Source of the DNA: Utricularia gibba
Lineage: Eukaryota; Plantae; Magnoliophyta
NCBI GenBank assembly: GCA_002189035.1
Contig: NEEC01000434.1
Location: 1-24,805 of the forward strand
Direction: 5' to 3'
DNA: 24,805 nt
Shown here: positions 13,401 to 24,327 of the stretch, piece after piece
Numbering within the stretch: the first letter of the stretch is position 1
How the letters are laid out: the number at the start of each line of letters is the position of its first letter
Position numbers and translations under genes: made by a program
Notes under the pieces: generated by a model
Told to the model about the DNA's origin: nothing
Database searches by the model: none
The model's input: the letters and a program-made list of their open reading frames with translations, nothing else

Positions 13401-16400
13401 TTCGAGCATTTGTGCAGCCTCGGACGAACAAGTTCTCAACACGAAAGAAAGACCGGCTCGGAACGAGCTTCGAAACGGTATGATATGTGCAACATGACTC
13501 ATCACCGTTCGCAAGATATCCACTCGATACCGAAGAGTGCACGAGGCCACCATGAGGTGGTGGCTAGGGACACACCCTTAAATGATCATCTCGAAATCCA
13601 AAATTTCACATCGTCCCATGAAATACATACGTCTTGCATGTCAAAAATCACATTCGCATCGAGTCAGGTGTCCCGAGTCACATTTTCGCGAATGTGGTGG
13701 CCACTTCGTTGCACATCTGAAGGCTAATATAAGGCAATCTTTCGAGCATTTGTGCCCTCGGACGAACAAGTTCTCAACACGAAAGAAGACCGCTCGGAAC
13801 GAGCTTCGAAACGGTATGATGTGCAACATGACTCATCACCGTTCGCAAGATATCCACTCGATACCGAAGAGTGCACGAGGCCACCATGAGGTGGTGGCTA
13901 GGGACACACCCTTAAATGATCATCTCGAAATCCAAAATTTCACATCGTCCCATGAAATACATACGTCTTGCATGTCAAAAATCACATTCGCATCGAGTCA
14001 GGTGTCCCGAGTCACATTTTCGCGAATGTGGTGGCCACTTCGTTGCACATCTGAAGGCTAATATAAGGCAATCTTTCGAGCATTTGTGCAGCCTCGGACG
14101 AACAAGTTCTCAACACGAAAGAAGACCGGCTCGGAACGAGCTTCGAAACGGTATGATATGTGCAACATGACTCATCACCGTTCGCAAGATATCCACTCGA
14201 TACCGAAGAGTGCACGAGGCCACCATGAGGTTGTGGCTAGGGACACACCCTTAAATGATCATCTCGAAATCCAAATTTCACATCGTCCCATGAAATACAT
14301 ACGTCTTGCATGTCAAAAATCACATTCGCATCGAGTCAGGTGTCCCGAGTCACATTTTCGCGAATGTGGTGGCCACTTCGTTGCACATCTGAAGGCTAAT
14401 ATAAGGCAATCTTTCGAGCATTTGTGCAGCCTCGGACGAACAAGTTCTCAACACGAAAGAAGACCGCTCGGAACGAGCTTCGAAACGGTATGATATGTGC
14501 AACATGACTCATCACCGTTCGCAAGATATCCACTCGATACCGAAGAGTGCACGAGGCCACCATGAGGTTGTGGCTAGGGACACACCCATCTTAAATGATC
14601 ATCTCGAAATCCAAATTTCACATCGTCCCATGAAATACATACGTCTTGCATGTCAAAAATCACATTCGCATCGAGTCAGGTGTCCCGAGTCACATTTTCG
14701 CGAATGTGGTGGCCACTTCGTTGCACATCTGAAGGCTAATATAAGGCAATCTTTCGAGCATTTGTGCCTCCTCGACGAACAAGTTCTCAACACGAAAAAA
14801 GACCGGCTCGGAACGAGCTTCGAAACGGTATGATATGTGCAACATGACTCATCACCGTTCGCAAGATATCCACTCGATACCGAAGAGTGCACGAGGCCAC
14901 CATGAGGTGTGGCTAGGGACACACCCTTTAAATGATGATCATCTCGAAATCCAAAATTTCACATCGTCCCATGAAATACATACGTCTTGCATGTCAAAAA
15001 TCACATTCGCATCGAGTCAGGTGTCCCGAGTCACATTTCGCGAATGGTGGCCACTTCGTTGCACATCTGAAGGCTAATATAAGGCAATCTTTCGAGCATT
15101 TGTGCAGCCTCGGACGAACAAGTTCTCAACACGAAAGAAGACCGGCTCGGAACGAGCTTCGAAACGGTATGATATGTGCAACATGACTCATCACCGTTCG
15201 CAAGATATCCACTCGATACCGAAGAGTGCACGAGGCCACCATGAGGTGGTGGCTAGGGACACACCCTTAAATGATCATCTCGAAATCCAAAATTTCACAT
15301 CGTCCCATGAAATACATACGTCTTGCATGTCAAAAATCACATTCGCATCGAGTCAGGTGTCCCGAGTCACATTTTCGCGAATGTGGTGGCCACTTCGTTG
15401 CACATCTGAAGGCTAATATAAGGCAATCTTTCGAGCATTTGTGCCTCCTCGGACGAACAAGTTCTCAACACGAAAGAAGACCGGCTCGGAACGAGCTTCG
15501 AAACGGTATGATATGTGCAACATGACTCATCACCGTTCGCAAGATATCCACTCGATACCGAAGAGTGCACGAGGCCACCATGAGGTGGTGGCTAGGGACA
15601 CACCCTTAAATGATCATCTCGAAATCCAAAATTTCACATCGTCCCATGAAATACATACGTCTTGCATGTCAAAAATCACATTCGCATCGAGTCAGGTGTC
15701 CCGAGTCACATTTTCGCGAATGTGGTGGCCACTTCGTTGCACATCTGAAGGCTAATATAAGGCAATCTTTCGAGCATTTGTGCAGCCTCGGACGAACAAG
15801 TTCTCAACACGAAAGAAGACCGGCTCGGAACGAGCTTCGAAACGGTATGATATGTGCAACATGACTCATCACCGTTCGCAAGATATCCACTCGATACCGA
15901 AGAGTGCACGAGCCACCATGAGGTGGTGGCTAGGGACACACCCTTAAATGATCATCTCGAAATCCAAAATTTCACATCGTCCCATGAAATACATACGTCT
16001 TGCATGTCAAAAATCACATTCGCATCGAGTCAGGTGTCCGAGTCACATTTCGCGAATGTGGGGCCACTTCGTTGCACATCTGAAGGCTAATATAAGGCAA
16101 TCTTTCGAGCATTTGTGCAGCCTCGGACGAACAAGTTCTCAACACGAAAGAAGACCGGCTCGGAACGAGCTTCGAAACGGTATGATATGTGCAACATGAC
16201 TCATCACCGTTCGCAAGATATCCACTCGATACCGAAGAGTGCACGAGGCCACCATGAGGTGGTGGCTAGGGACACACCCTTAAATGATCATCTCTCGAAA
16301 TCCAAAATTTCACATCGTCCCATGAAATACATACGTCTTGCATGTCAAAAATCACATTCGCATCGAGTCAGGTGTCCCGAGTCACATTTTCGCGAATGTG

Positions 16401-17033
16401 GTGGCCACTTCGTTGCACATCTGAAGGCTAATATAAGGCAATCTTTCGAGCATTTGTGCAGCCTCGGACGAACAAGTTCTCAACACGAAAGAAGACCGGC
16501 TCGGAACGAGCTTCGAAACGGTATGATATGTGCAACATGACTCATCACCGTTCGCAAGATATCCACTCGATACCGAAGAGTGCACGAGGCCACCATGAGG
16601 TTGTGGCTAGGGACACACCCTTCTTAAATGATCATCTCGAAATCCAAAATTTCACATCGTCCCATGAAATACATATGTCTTGCATGTCAAAAATCACATT
16701 CGCATCGAGTCAGGTGTCCCGAGTCACATTTTCGCGAATGTGGTGGCCACTTCGTTGCACATCTGAAGGCTAATATAAGGCAATCTTTCGAGCATTTGTG
16801 CAGCCTCGGACGAACAAGTTCTCAACACGAAAGAAGACCGGCTCGGAACGAGCTTCGAAACGGTATGATATGTGCAACATGACTCATCACCGTTCGCAAG
16901 ATATCCACTCGATACCGAAGAGTGCACGAGGCCACCATGAGGTGGTGGCTAGGGACACACCCTTAAATGATCATCTCGAAATCCAAAATTTCACATCGTC
17001 CCATGAAATACATACGTCTTGCATGTCAAAAAT

Positions 17034-17081
17034 CACATTCGCATCGAGTCAGGTGTCCCGAGTCACATTTTCGCGAATGTG
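17034..17081. repeat. 9-bp inverted repeat CACATTCGC...GCGAATGTG (present in most monomers; representative copy)
   Basis: 17034-17042 is the reverse complement of 17073-17081. The right arm also forms the bulged palindrome CACATT(TT)CGCGAATGTG at 17064-17081. Confidence 0.85.
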
Positions 17082-17092
17082 GTGGCCACTTC

Positions 17093-17217
17093 GTTGCACA
17101 TCTGAAGGCTAATATAAGGCAATCTTTCGAGCATTTGTGCAGCCTCGGACGAACAAGTTCTCAACACGAAAGAAGACCGGCTCGGAACGAGCTTCGAAAC
17201 GGTATGATATGTGCAAC
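17093..17217. repeat. 9-bp inverted repeat GTTGCACAT...ATGTGCAAC bounding 125 nt (representative copy)
   Basis: 17093-17101 is the reverse complement of 17209-17217. Confidence 0.85.
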
Positions 17218-17226
17218 ATGACTCAT
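17218..17226. promoter_or_regulatory. ATGACTCAT, a perfect AP-1/GCN4-type bZIP site, in nearly every monomer (sequence match only, function unknown)
   Basis: Exact match to the known ATGA(C/G)TCAT consensus. Two more TGACTC hexamers lie on the minus strand of each monomer (CGAGTCA twice on the plus strand). Confidence 0.25.
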
Positions 17227-17269
17227 CACCGTTCGCAAGATATCCACTCGATACCGAAGAGTGCACGAG

Positions 17270-17288
17270 GCCACCATGAGGTGGTGGC
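17270..17288. repeat. Short hairpin GCCACCA-tgagg-TGGTGGC (A-type monomers; representative copy)
   Basis: 7-bp stem with a 5-nt loop. The B-type G>T change (GTTGTGGC) puts a mismatch in the stem. Confidence 0.7.
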
Positions 17289-20200
17289 TAGGGACACACC
17301 CTTAAATGATCATCTCGAAATCCAAAATTTCACATCGTCCCATGAAATACATACGTCTTGCATGTCAAAAATCACATTCGCATCGAGTCAGGTGTCCCGA
17401 GTCACATTTTCGCGAATGTGGTGGCCACTTCGTTGCACATCTGAAGGCTAATATAAGGCAATCTTTCGAGCATTTGTGCAGCCTCGGACGAACAAGTTCT
17501 CAACACGAAAAGACCGGCTCGGAACGAGCTTCGAACGGTATGATATGTGCAACATGACTCATCACCGTTCGCAAGATATCCACTCGATACCGAAGAGTGC
17601 ACGAGGCCACCATGAGGTGGTGGCTAGGGACACACCCTTAAATGATCATCTCGAAATCCAAAATTTCACATCGTCCCATGAAATACATACGTCTTGCATG
17701 TCAAAAATCACATTCGCATCGAGTCAGGTGTCCCGAGTCACATTTTCGCGAATGTGGTGGCCACTTCGTTGCACATCTGAAGGCTAATATAAGGCAATCT
17801 TTCGAGCATTTGTGCAGCCTCGGACGAACAAGTTCTCAACACGAAAGAAGACCCTCGGAACGAGCTTCGAAACGGTATGATATGTGCAACATGACTCATC
17901 ACCGTTCGCAAGATATCCACTCGATACCGAAGAGTGCACGAGGCCACCATGAGGTGGTGGCTAGGGACACACCCTTAAATGATCATCTCGAAATCCAAAA
18001 TTTCACATCGTCCCATGAAATACATACGTCTTGCATGTCAAAAATCACATTCGCATCGAGTCAGGTGTCCCGAGTCACATTTCGCGAATGTGGTGGCCAC
18101 TTCGTTGCACATCTGAAGGCTAATATAAGGCAATCTTTCGAGCATTTGTGCAGCCTCGGACGAACAAGTTCTCAACACGAAAGAAGACCGGCTCGGAACG
18201 AGCTTCGAAACGGTATGATATGTGCAACATGACTCATCACCGTTCGCAAGATATCCACTCGATACCGAAGAGTGCACGAGGCCACCATGAGTGGTGGCTA
18301 GGGACACACCTTAAATGATCATCTCGAAATCCAAAATTTCACATCGTCCCATGAAATACATACGTCTTGCATGTCAAAAATCACATTCGCATCGAGTCAG
18401 GTGTCCCGAGTCACATTTTCGCGAATGTGGTGGCCACTTCGTTGCACATCTGAAGGCTAATATAAGGCAATCTTTCGAGCATTTGTGCAGCCTCGGACGA
18501 ACAAGTTCTCAACGAAAGAAAGACCGGCTCGGAACGAGCTTCGAAACGGTATGATATGTGCAACATGACTCATCACCGTTCGCAAGATATCCACTCGATA
18601 CCGAAGAGTGCACGAGGCCACCATGAGGTTTGGCTAGGGACACACCCTTAAATGATCATCTCGAAATCCAAAATTTCACATCGTCCCATGAAATACATAC
18701 GTCTTGCATGTCAAAAATCACATTCGCATCGAGTCAGGTGTCCCGAGTCACATTTTCGCGAATGTGGTGGCCACTTCGTTGCACATCTGAAGGCTAATAT
18801 AAGGCAATCTTTCGAGCATTTGTGCAGCTTCGGACGAACAAGTTCTCAACACGAAAGAAGACCGGCTCGGAACGAGCTTCGAAACGGTATGATATGTGCA
18901 ACATGACTCATCACCGTTCGCAAGATATCCACTCGATACCGAAGAGTGCACGAGGCCACCATGAGGTGGTGGCTAGGGACACTTAAATGATCATCTCGAA
19001 ATCCAAAATTTCACATCGTCCCATGAAATACATACGTCTTGCATGTCAAAAATCACATTCGCATCGAGTCAGGTGTCCCGAGTCACATTTCGCGAATGTG
19101 GTGGCCACTTCGTTGCACATCTGAAGGCTAATATAAGGCAATCTTTCGAGCATTTGTGCAGCCTCGGACGAACAAGTTCTCAACACGAAAGAAGACCGGC
19201 TCGGAACGAGCTTCGAAACGGTATGATATGTGCAACATGACTCATCACCGTTCGCAAGATATCCACTCGATACCGAAGAGTGCACGAGGCCACCATGAGG
19301 TGGTGGCTAGGGACACACCCTTAAATGATCATCTCGAAATCCAAAATTTCACATCGTCCCATGAAATACATACGTCTTGCATGTCAAAAATCACATTCGC
19401 ATCGAGTCAGGTGTCCCGAGTCACATTTCGCGAATGTGGTGGCCACTTCGTTGCACATCTGAAGGCTAATATAAGGCAATCTTTCGAGCATTTGTGCAGC
19501 CTCGGACGAACAAGTTCTCAACACGAAAGAAGACCGGCTCGGAACGAGCTTCGAAACGGTATGATATGTGCAACATGACTCATCACCGTTCGCAAGATAT
19601 CCACTCGATACCGAAGAGTGCACGAGGCCACCATGAGGTGGTGGCTAGGGACACACCCTTAAATGATCATCTCGAAATCCAAAATTTCACATCGTCCATG
19701 AAATACATACGTCTTGCATGTCAAAAATCACATTCGCATCGAGTCAGGTGTCCCGAGTCACATTTCGCGATGTGGTGGCCACTTCGTTGCACATCTGAAG
19801 GCTAATATAAGGCAATCTTTCGAGCATTTGTGCAGCCTCGGACGAACAAGTTCTCAACACGAAAGAAGACCGGCTCGGAACGAGCTTCGAAACGGTATGA
19901 TATGTGCAACATGACTCATCACCGTTCGCAAGATATCCACTCGATACCGAAGAGTGCACGAGGCCACCATGAGGTGGTGGCTAGGGACACACCCTTAAAT
20001 GATCATCTCGAAATCCAAAATTTCACATCGTCCCATGAAATACATACGTCTTGCATGTCAAAAATCACATTCGCATCGAGTCAGGTGTCCCGAGTCACAT
20101 TTCGCGAATGTGGTGGCCACTTCGTTGCACATCTGAAGGCTAATATAAGGCAATCTTCGAGCATTTGTGCAGCCCGGACGAACAAGTTCTCAACACGAAA

Positions 20201-23200
20201 GAAGACCCTCGGAACGAGCTTCGAAACGGTATGATATGTGCAACATGACTCATCACCGTTCGCAAGATATCCACTCGATACCGAAGAGTGCACGAGGCCA
20301 CCATGAGGTGGTGGCTAGGGACACACCCTTAAATGATCATCTCGAAATCCAAAATTTCACATCGTCCCATGAAATACATACGTCTTGCATGTCAAAAATC
20401 ACATTCGCATCGAGTCAGGTGTCCCGAGTCACATTTCGCGAATGTGGTGGCCACTTCGTTGCACATCTGAAGGCTAATATAAGGCAATCTTTCGAGCATT
20501 TGTGCAGCCTCGGACGAACAAGTTCTCAACACGAAATTCGGAACGAGCTTCGAAACGGTATGATGTGCAACATGACTCATCACCGTTTGCAAGATATCCA
20601 CTCGATACCGAAGAGTGCACGAGGCCACCATGAGGTGTGGCTAGGACACACCCTTAAATGATCATCTCGAAATCCAAATTTTCACATCGTCCCATGAAAT
20701 ACATACGTCTTGCATGTCAAAAATCACATTCGCATCGAGTCAGGTGTCCCGAGTCACATTTTCGCGAAGTGGTGGCCACTTCGTTGCATCTGAAGGCTAA
20801 TATAAGGCAATCTTTCGAGCATTTGTGCAGCCTCGGACGAACAAGTTCTCAACACGAAAGAAGACCGGCTCGGAACGAGCTTCGAAACGGTATGATATGT
20901 GCAACATGACTCATCACCGTTCGCAAGATATCCACTCGATACCGAAGAGTGCACGAGGCCACCATGAGGTGTGGCTAGGGACACACCCTTAAATGATCAT
21001 CTCGAAATCCAAAATTTCACATCGTCCCATGAAATACATACGTCTTGCATGTCAAAAATCACATTCGCATCGAGTCAGGTGTCCCGAGTCACATTTTCGC
21101 GAATGTGGTGGCCACTTCGTTGCACATCTGAAGCTAATATAAGGCAATCTTTCGAGCATTTGTGCAGCCTCGGACGAACAAGTTCTCAACACGAAAGAAG
21201 ACCGGCTCGGAACGAGCTTCGAAACGGTATGATGCAACATGACTCATCACCTTCGCAAGATATCCACTCGATACCGAAGAGTGCACGAGGCCACCATGAG
21301 GTGTGGCTAGGACACACCCATCTTAAATGATCATCTCGAAATCCAAAATTTCACATCGTCCCATGAAATACATACGTCTTGCATGTCAAAAATCACATTC
21401 GCATCGAGTCAGGTGTCCCGAGTCACATTTTCGCGAATGTGGTGGCCACTTCGTTGCACATCTGAAGGCTAATATAAGGCAATCTTTCGAGCATTTGTGC
21501 AGCTTCGGACGAACAAGTTCTCAACACGAAAGAAGACCGGCTCGGAACGAGCTTCGAAACGGTATGATATGTGCAACATGACTCATCACCGTTCGCAAGA
21601 TATCCACTCGATACCGAAGAGTGCACGAGGCCACCATGAGGTGGTGGCTAGGGACACACCCTTAAATGATCATCTCGAAATCCAAAATTTCACATCGTCC
21701 CATGAAATACATACGTCTTGCATGTCAAAAATCACATTCGCATCGAGTCAGGTGTCCCGAGTCACATTTCGCGAATGTGGTGGCCACTTCGTTGCACATC
21801 TGAAGCTAATATAAGGCAATCTTTCGAGCATTTGTGCAGCCTCGGACGAACAAGTTCTCAACACGAAAGAAGACCGGCTCGGAACGAGCTTCGAAACGGT
21901 ATGATATGTGCAACATGACTTCACCGTTCGCAAGATATCCACTCGATACCGAAGAGTGCACGAGGCCATGAGGTGGTGGCTAGGGACACACCCTTAAATG
22001 ATCATCTCGAAATCCAAAATTTCACATCGTCCCATGAAATACATACGTCTTGCATGTCAAAAATCACATTCGCATCGAGTCAGGTGTCCCGAGTCACATT
22101 TCGCGAATGTGGTGGCCACTTCGTTGCACATCTGAAGGCTAATATAAGGCAATCTTTCGAGCATTTGTGCAGCCTCGGACGAACAAGTTCTCAACACGAA
22201 AGAAGACCGCTCGGAACGAGCTTCGAAACGGTATGATATGTGCAACATGACTCATCACCGTTCGCAAGATATCCACTCGATACCGAAGAGTGCACGAGGC
22301 CACCATGAGGTGGTGGCTAGGGACACACCTTAAATGATCATCTCGAAATCCAAATTTCACATCGTCCCATGAAATACATACGTCTTGCATGTCAAAAATC
22401 ACATTCGCATCGAGTCAGGTGTCCCGAGTCACATTTTCGAATGTGGCCACTTCGTTGCACATCTGAAGCTAATATAAGGCAATCTTTCGAGCATTTGTGC
22501 AGCCTCGGACGAACAAGTTTCAACACGAAAAAGACCGGCTCGGAACGAGCTTCGAAGGTATGCTATGTGCAACATGACTCATCACCGTTCGCAAGATATC
22601 CACTCGATACCGAAGAGTGCACGAGGCCACCATGAGGTGTGGCTAGGACACACCCTTAAATGATCATCTCGAAATCCAAAATTTCACATCGTCCCATGAA
22701 ATACATACGTCTTGCATGTCAAAATCACATTCGCATCGAGTCAGGTGTCCCGAGTCACATTTTCGCGAATGTGGTGGCCACTTCGTTGCACATCTGAAGG
22801 CTAATATAGGCAATCTTTCGAGCATTTGTGCAGCTTCGACGAACAAGTTCTCAACACGAAAGAAGACCGGCTCGGAACGAGCTTCGAAACGGTATGATAT
22901 GTGCAACATGACTCATCACCGTTCGCAAGATATCCACTCGATACCGAAGAGTGCACGAGGCCACCATGAGGTGGTGGCTAGGGACACACCCTTAAATGAT
23001 CATCTCGAAATCCAAAATTTCACATCGTCCCATGAAATACATACGTCTTGCATGTCAAAAATCACATTCGCATCGAGTCAGGTGTCCCGAGTCACATTTC
23101 GCGAATGTGGTGGCCACTTCGTTGCACATCTGAAGGCTAATATAAGGCAATCTTTCGAGCATTTGTGCAGCCTCGACGAACAAGTTCTCAACACGAAAGA

Positions 23201-24313
23201 AGACCGGCTCGGAACGAGCTTCGAACGGTATGATATGTGCAACATGACTCATCACCGTTCGCAAGATATCCACTCGATACCGAAGAGTGCACGAGGCCAC
23301 CATGAGGTGTGGCTAGGGACACACCCTTAAATGATCATCTCGAAATCCAAAATTTCACATCGTCCCATGAAATACATACGTCTTGCATGTCAAAAATCAC
23401 ATTCGCATCGAGTCAGGTGTCCCGAGTCACATTTCGCGAATGTGGTGGCCACTTCGTTGCACATCTGAAGGCTAATATAAGGCAATCTTTCGAGCATTTG
23501 TGCAGCCTCGGACGAACAAGTTCTCAACACGAAAGAAGACCGGCTCGGAACGAGCTTCGAAACGGTATGATATGTGCAACATGACTCATCACCGTTCGCA
23601 ATATCCACTCGATACCGAAGAGTGCACGAGGCACCATGAGGTGGTGGCTAGGGACACACCCTTAATGATCATCTCGAAATCCAAAATTTCACATCGTCCC
23701 ATGAAATACATACGTCTTGCATGTCAAAAATCACATTCGCATCGAGTCAGGTGTCCCGAGTCACATTTTCGCGAATGTGGTGGCCACTTCGTTGCACATC
23801 TGAAGGCTAATATAAGGCAATCTTCGAGCATTTGTGCAGCCTCGGACGAACAAGTTCTCAACACGAAAGAAGACCGGCTCGGAACGAGCTTCGAACGGTA
23901 TGATATGTGCAACATGACTCATCACCGTTCGCAAGATATCCACTCGATACCGAAGAGTGCACGAGGCCACCATGAGGTGGTGGCTAGGGACACACCCTTA
24001 AATGATCATCTCGAAATCCAAAATTTCACATCGTCCCATGAAATACATACGTCTTGCATGTCAAAAATCACATTCGCATCGAGTCAGGTGTCCCGAGTCA
24101 CATTTCGCGAATGTGGTGGCCACTTCGTTGCACATCTGAAGCTAATATAAGGCAATCTTTCGCATTTGTGCAGCTTCGGACGAACAAGTTCTCAACACGA
24201 AAAAGACCGGCTCGGAACGAGCTTCGAAACGGTATGATATGTGCAACATGACTCATCACCGTTTCGCAAGATATCCACTCGATACCGAAGAGTGCACGAG
24301 GCCACCATGAGGT

Positions 24314-24327
24314 TGTGGCTAGCCACA
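24314..24327. repeat. Perfect 14-bp palindrome TGTGGCTAGCCACA (variant unit)
   Basis: Identical to 41-54. I saw it in no other unit. Confidence 0.85.

Larger units (their letters stand above)
16967..17305 (+). repeat. Representative consensus (A-type) 339-bp monomer
   Basis: Matches the majority base at every position I compared. Hand count gives 161/339 G+C (47.5%), 23 CpG and 5 TCGA sites. The first 70 bp are AT-rich (36% GC) and the last 79 bp are 56% GC. Confidence 0.95.

Noticed and set aside
16979-17071. Phased A-tracts causing DNA curvature
   Set aside because: Only four or five short tracts at about 21-bp spacing with a gap. This is too weak to claim without a curvature calculation.
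17113-17124. TATA box plus CAAT as a Pol II promoter
   Set aside because: The order is wrong, the motifs are adjacent, and there is no downstream gene.
16967-17305. Hammerhead ribozyme satellite or viroid-like circle (similar in size to newt satellite 2, Schistosoma Sm-alpha and PLMVd)
   Set aside because: There is no CUGANGA core on either strand. The nearest are CTGAAGG (+), and GTGATGAG and CTGACTC (-), and none has a stem II closing onto GAAA.
16967-17305. CENP-B box
   Set aside because: None of the TTCG sites I checked on either strand fits TTCGNNNNANNCGGG.
16967-17305. Excess of 6-bp palindromes (TGATCA, TCGCGA, TGGCCA, TTCGAA, GATATC, GTGCAC)
   Set aside because: Six observed versus about 5.3 expected by chance.
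16967-17305. Intact 5S rDNA repeat unit
   Set aside because: The unit length is plausible, but box C, helices III-V and the T-run terminator are missing. It is kept only as a speculative ancestry finding.
17285-17325. tRNA/SINE-like Pol III A and B boxes (TGGCTAGGG ... CTCGAAATCC)
   Set aside because: Both boxes deviate at conserved positions and no cloverleaf can be drawn.
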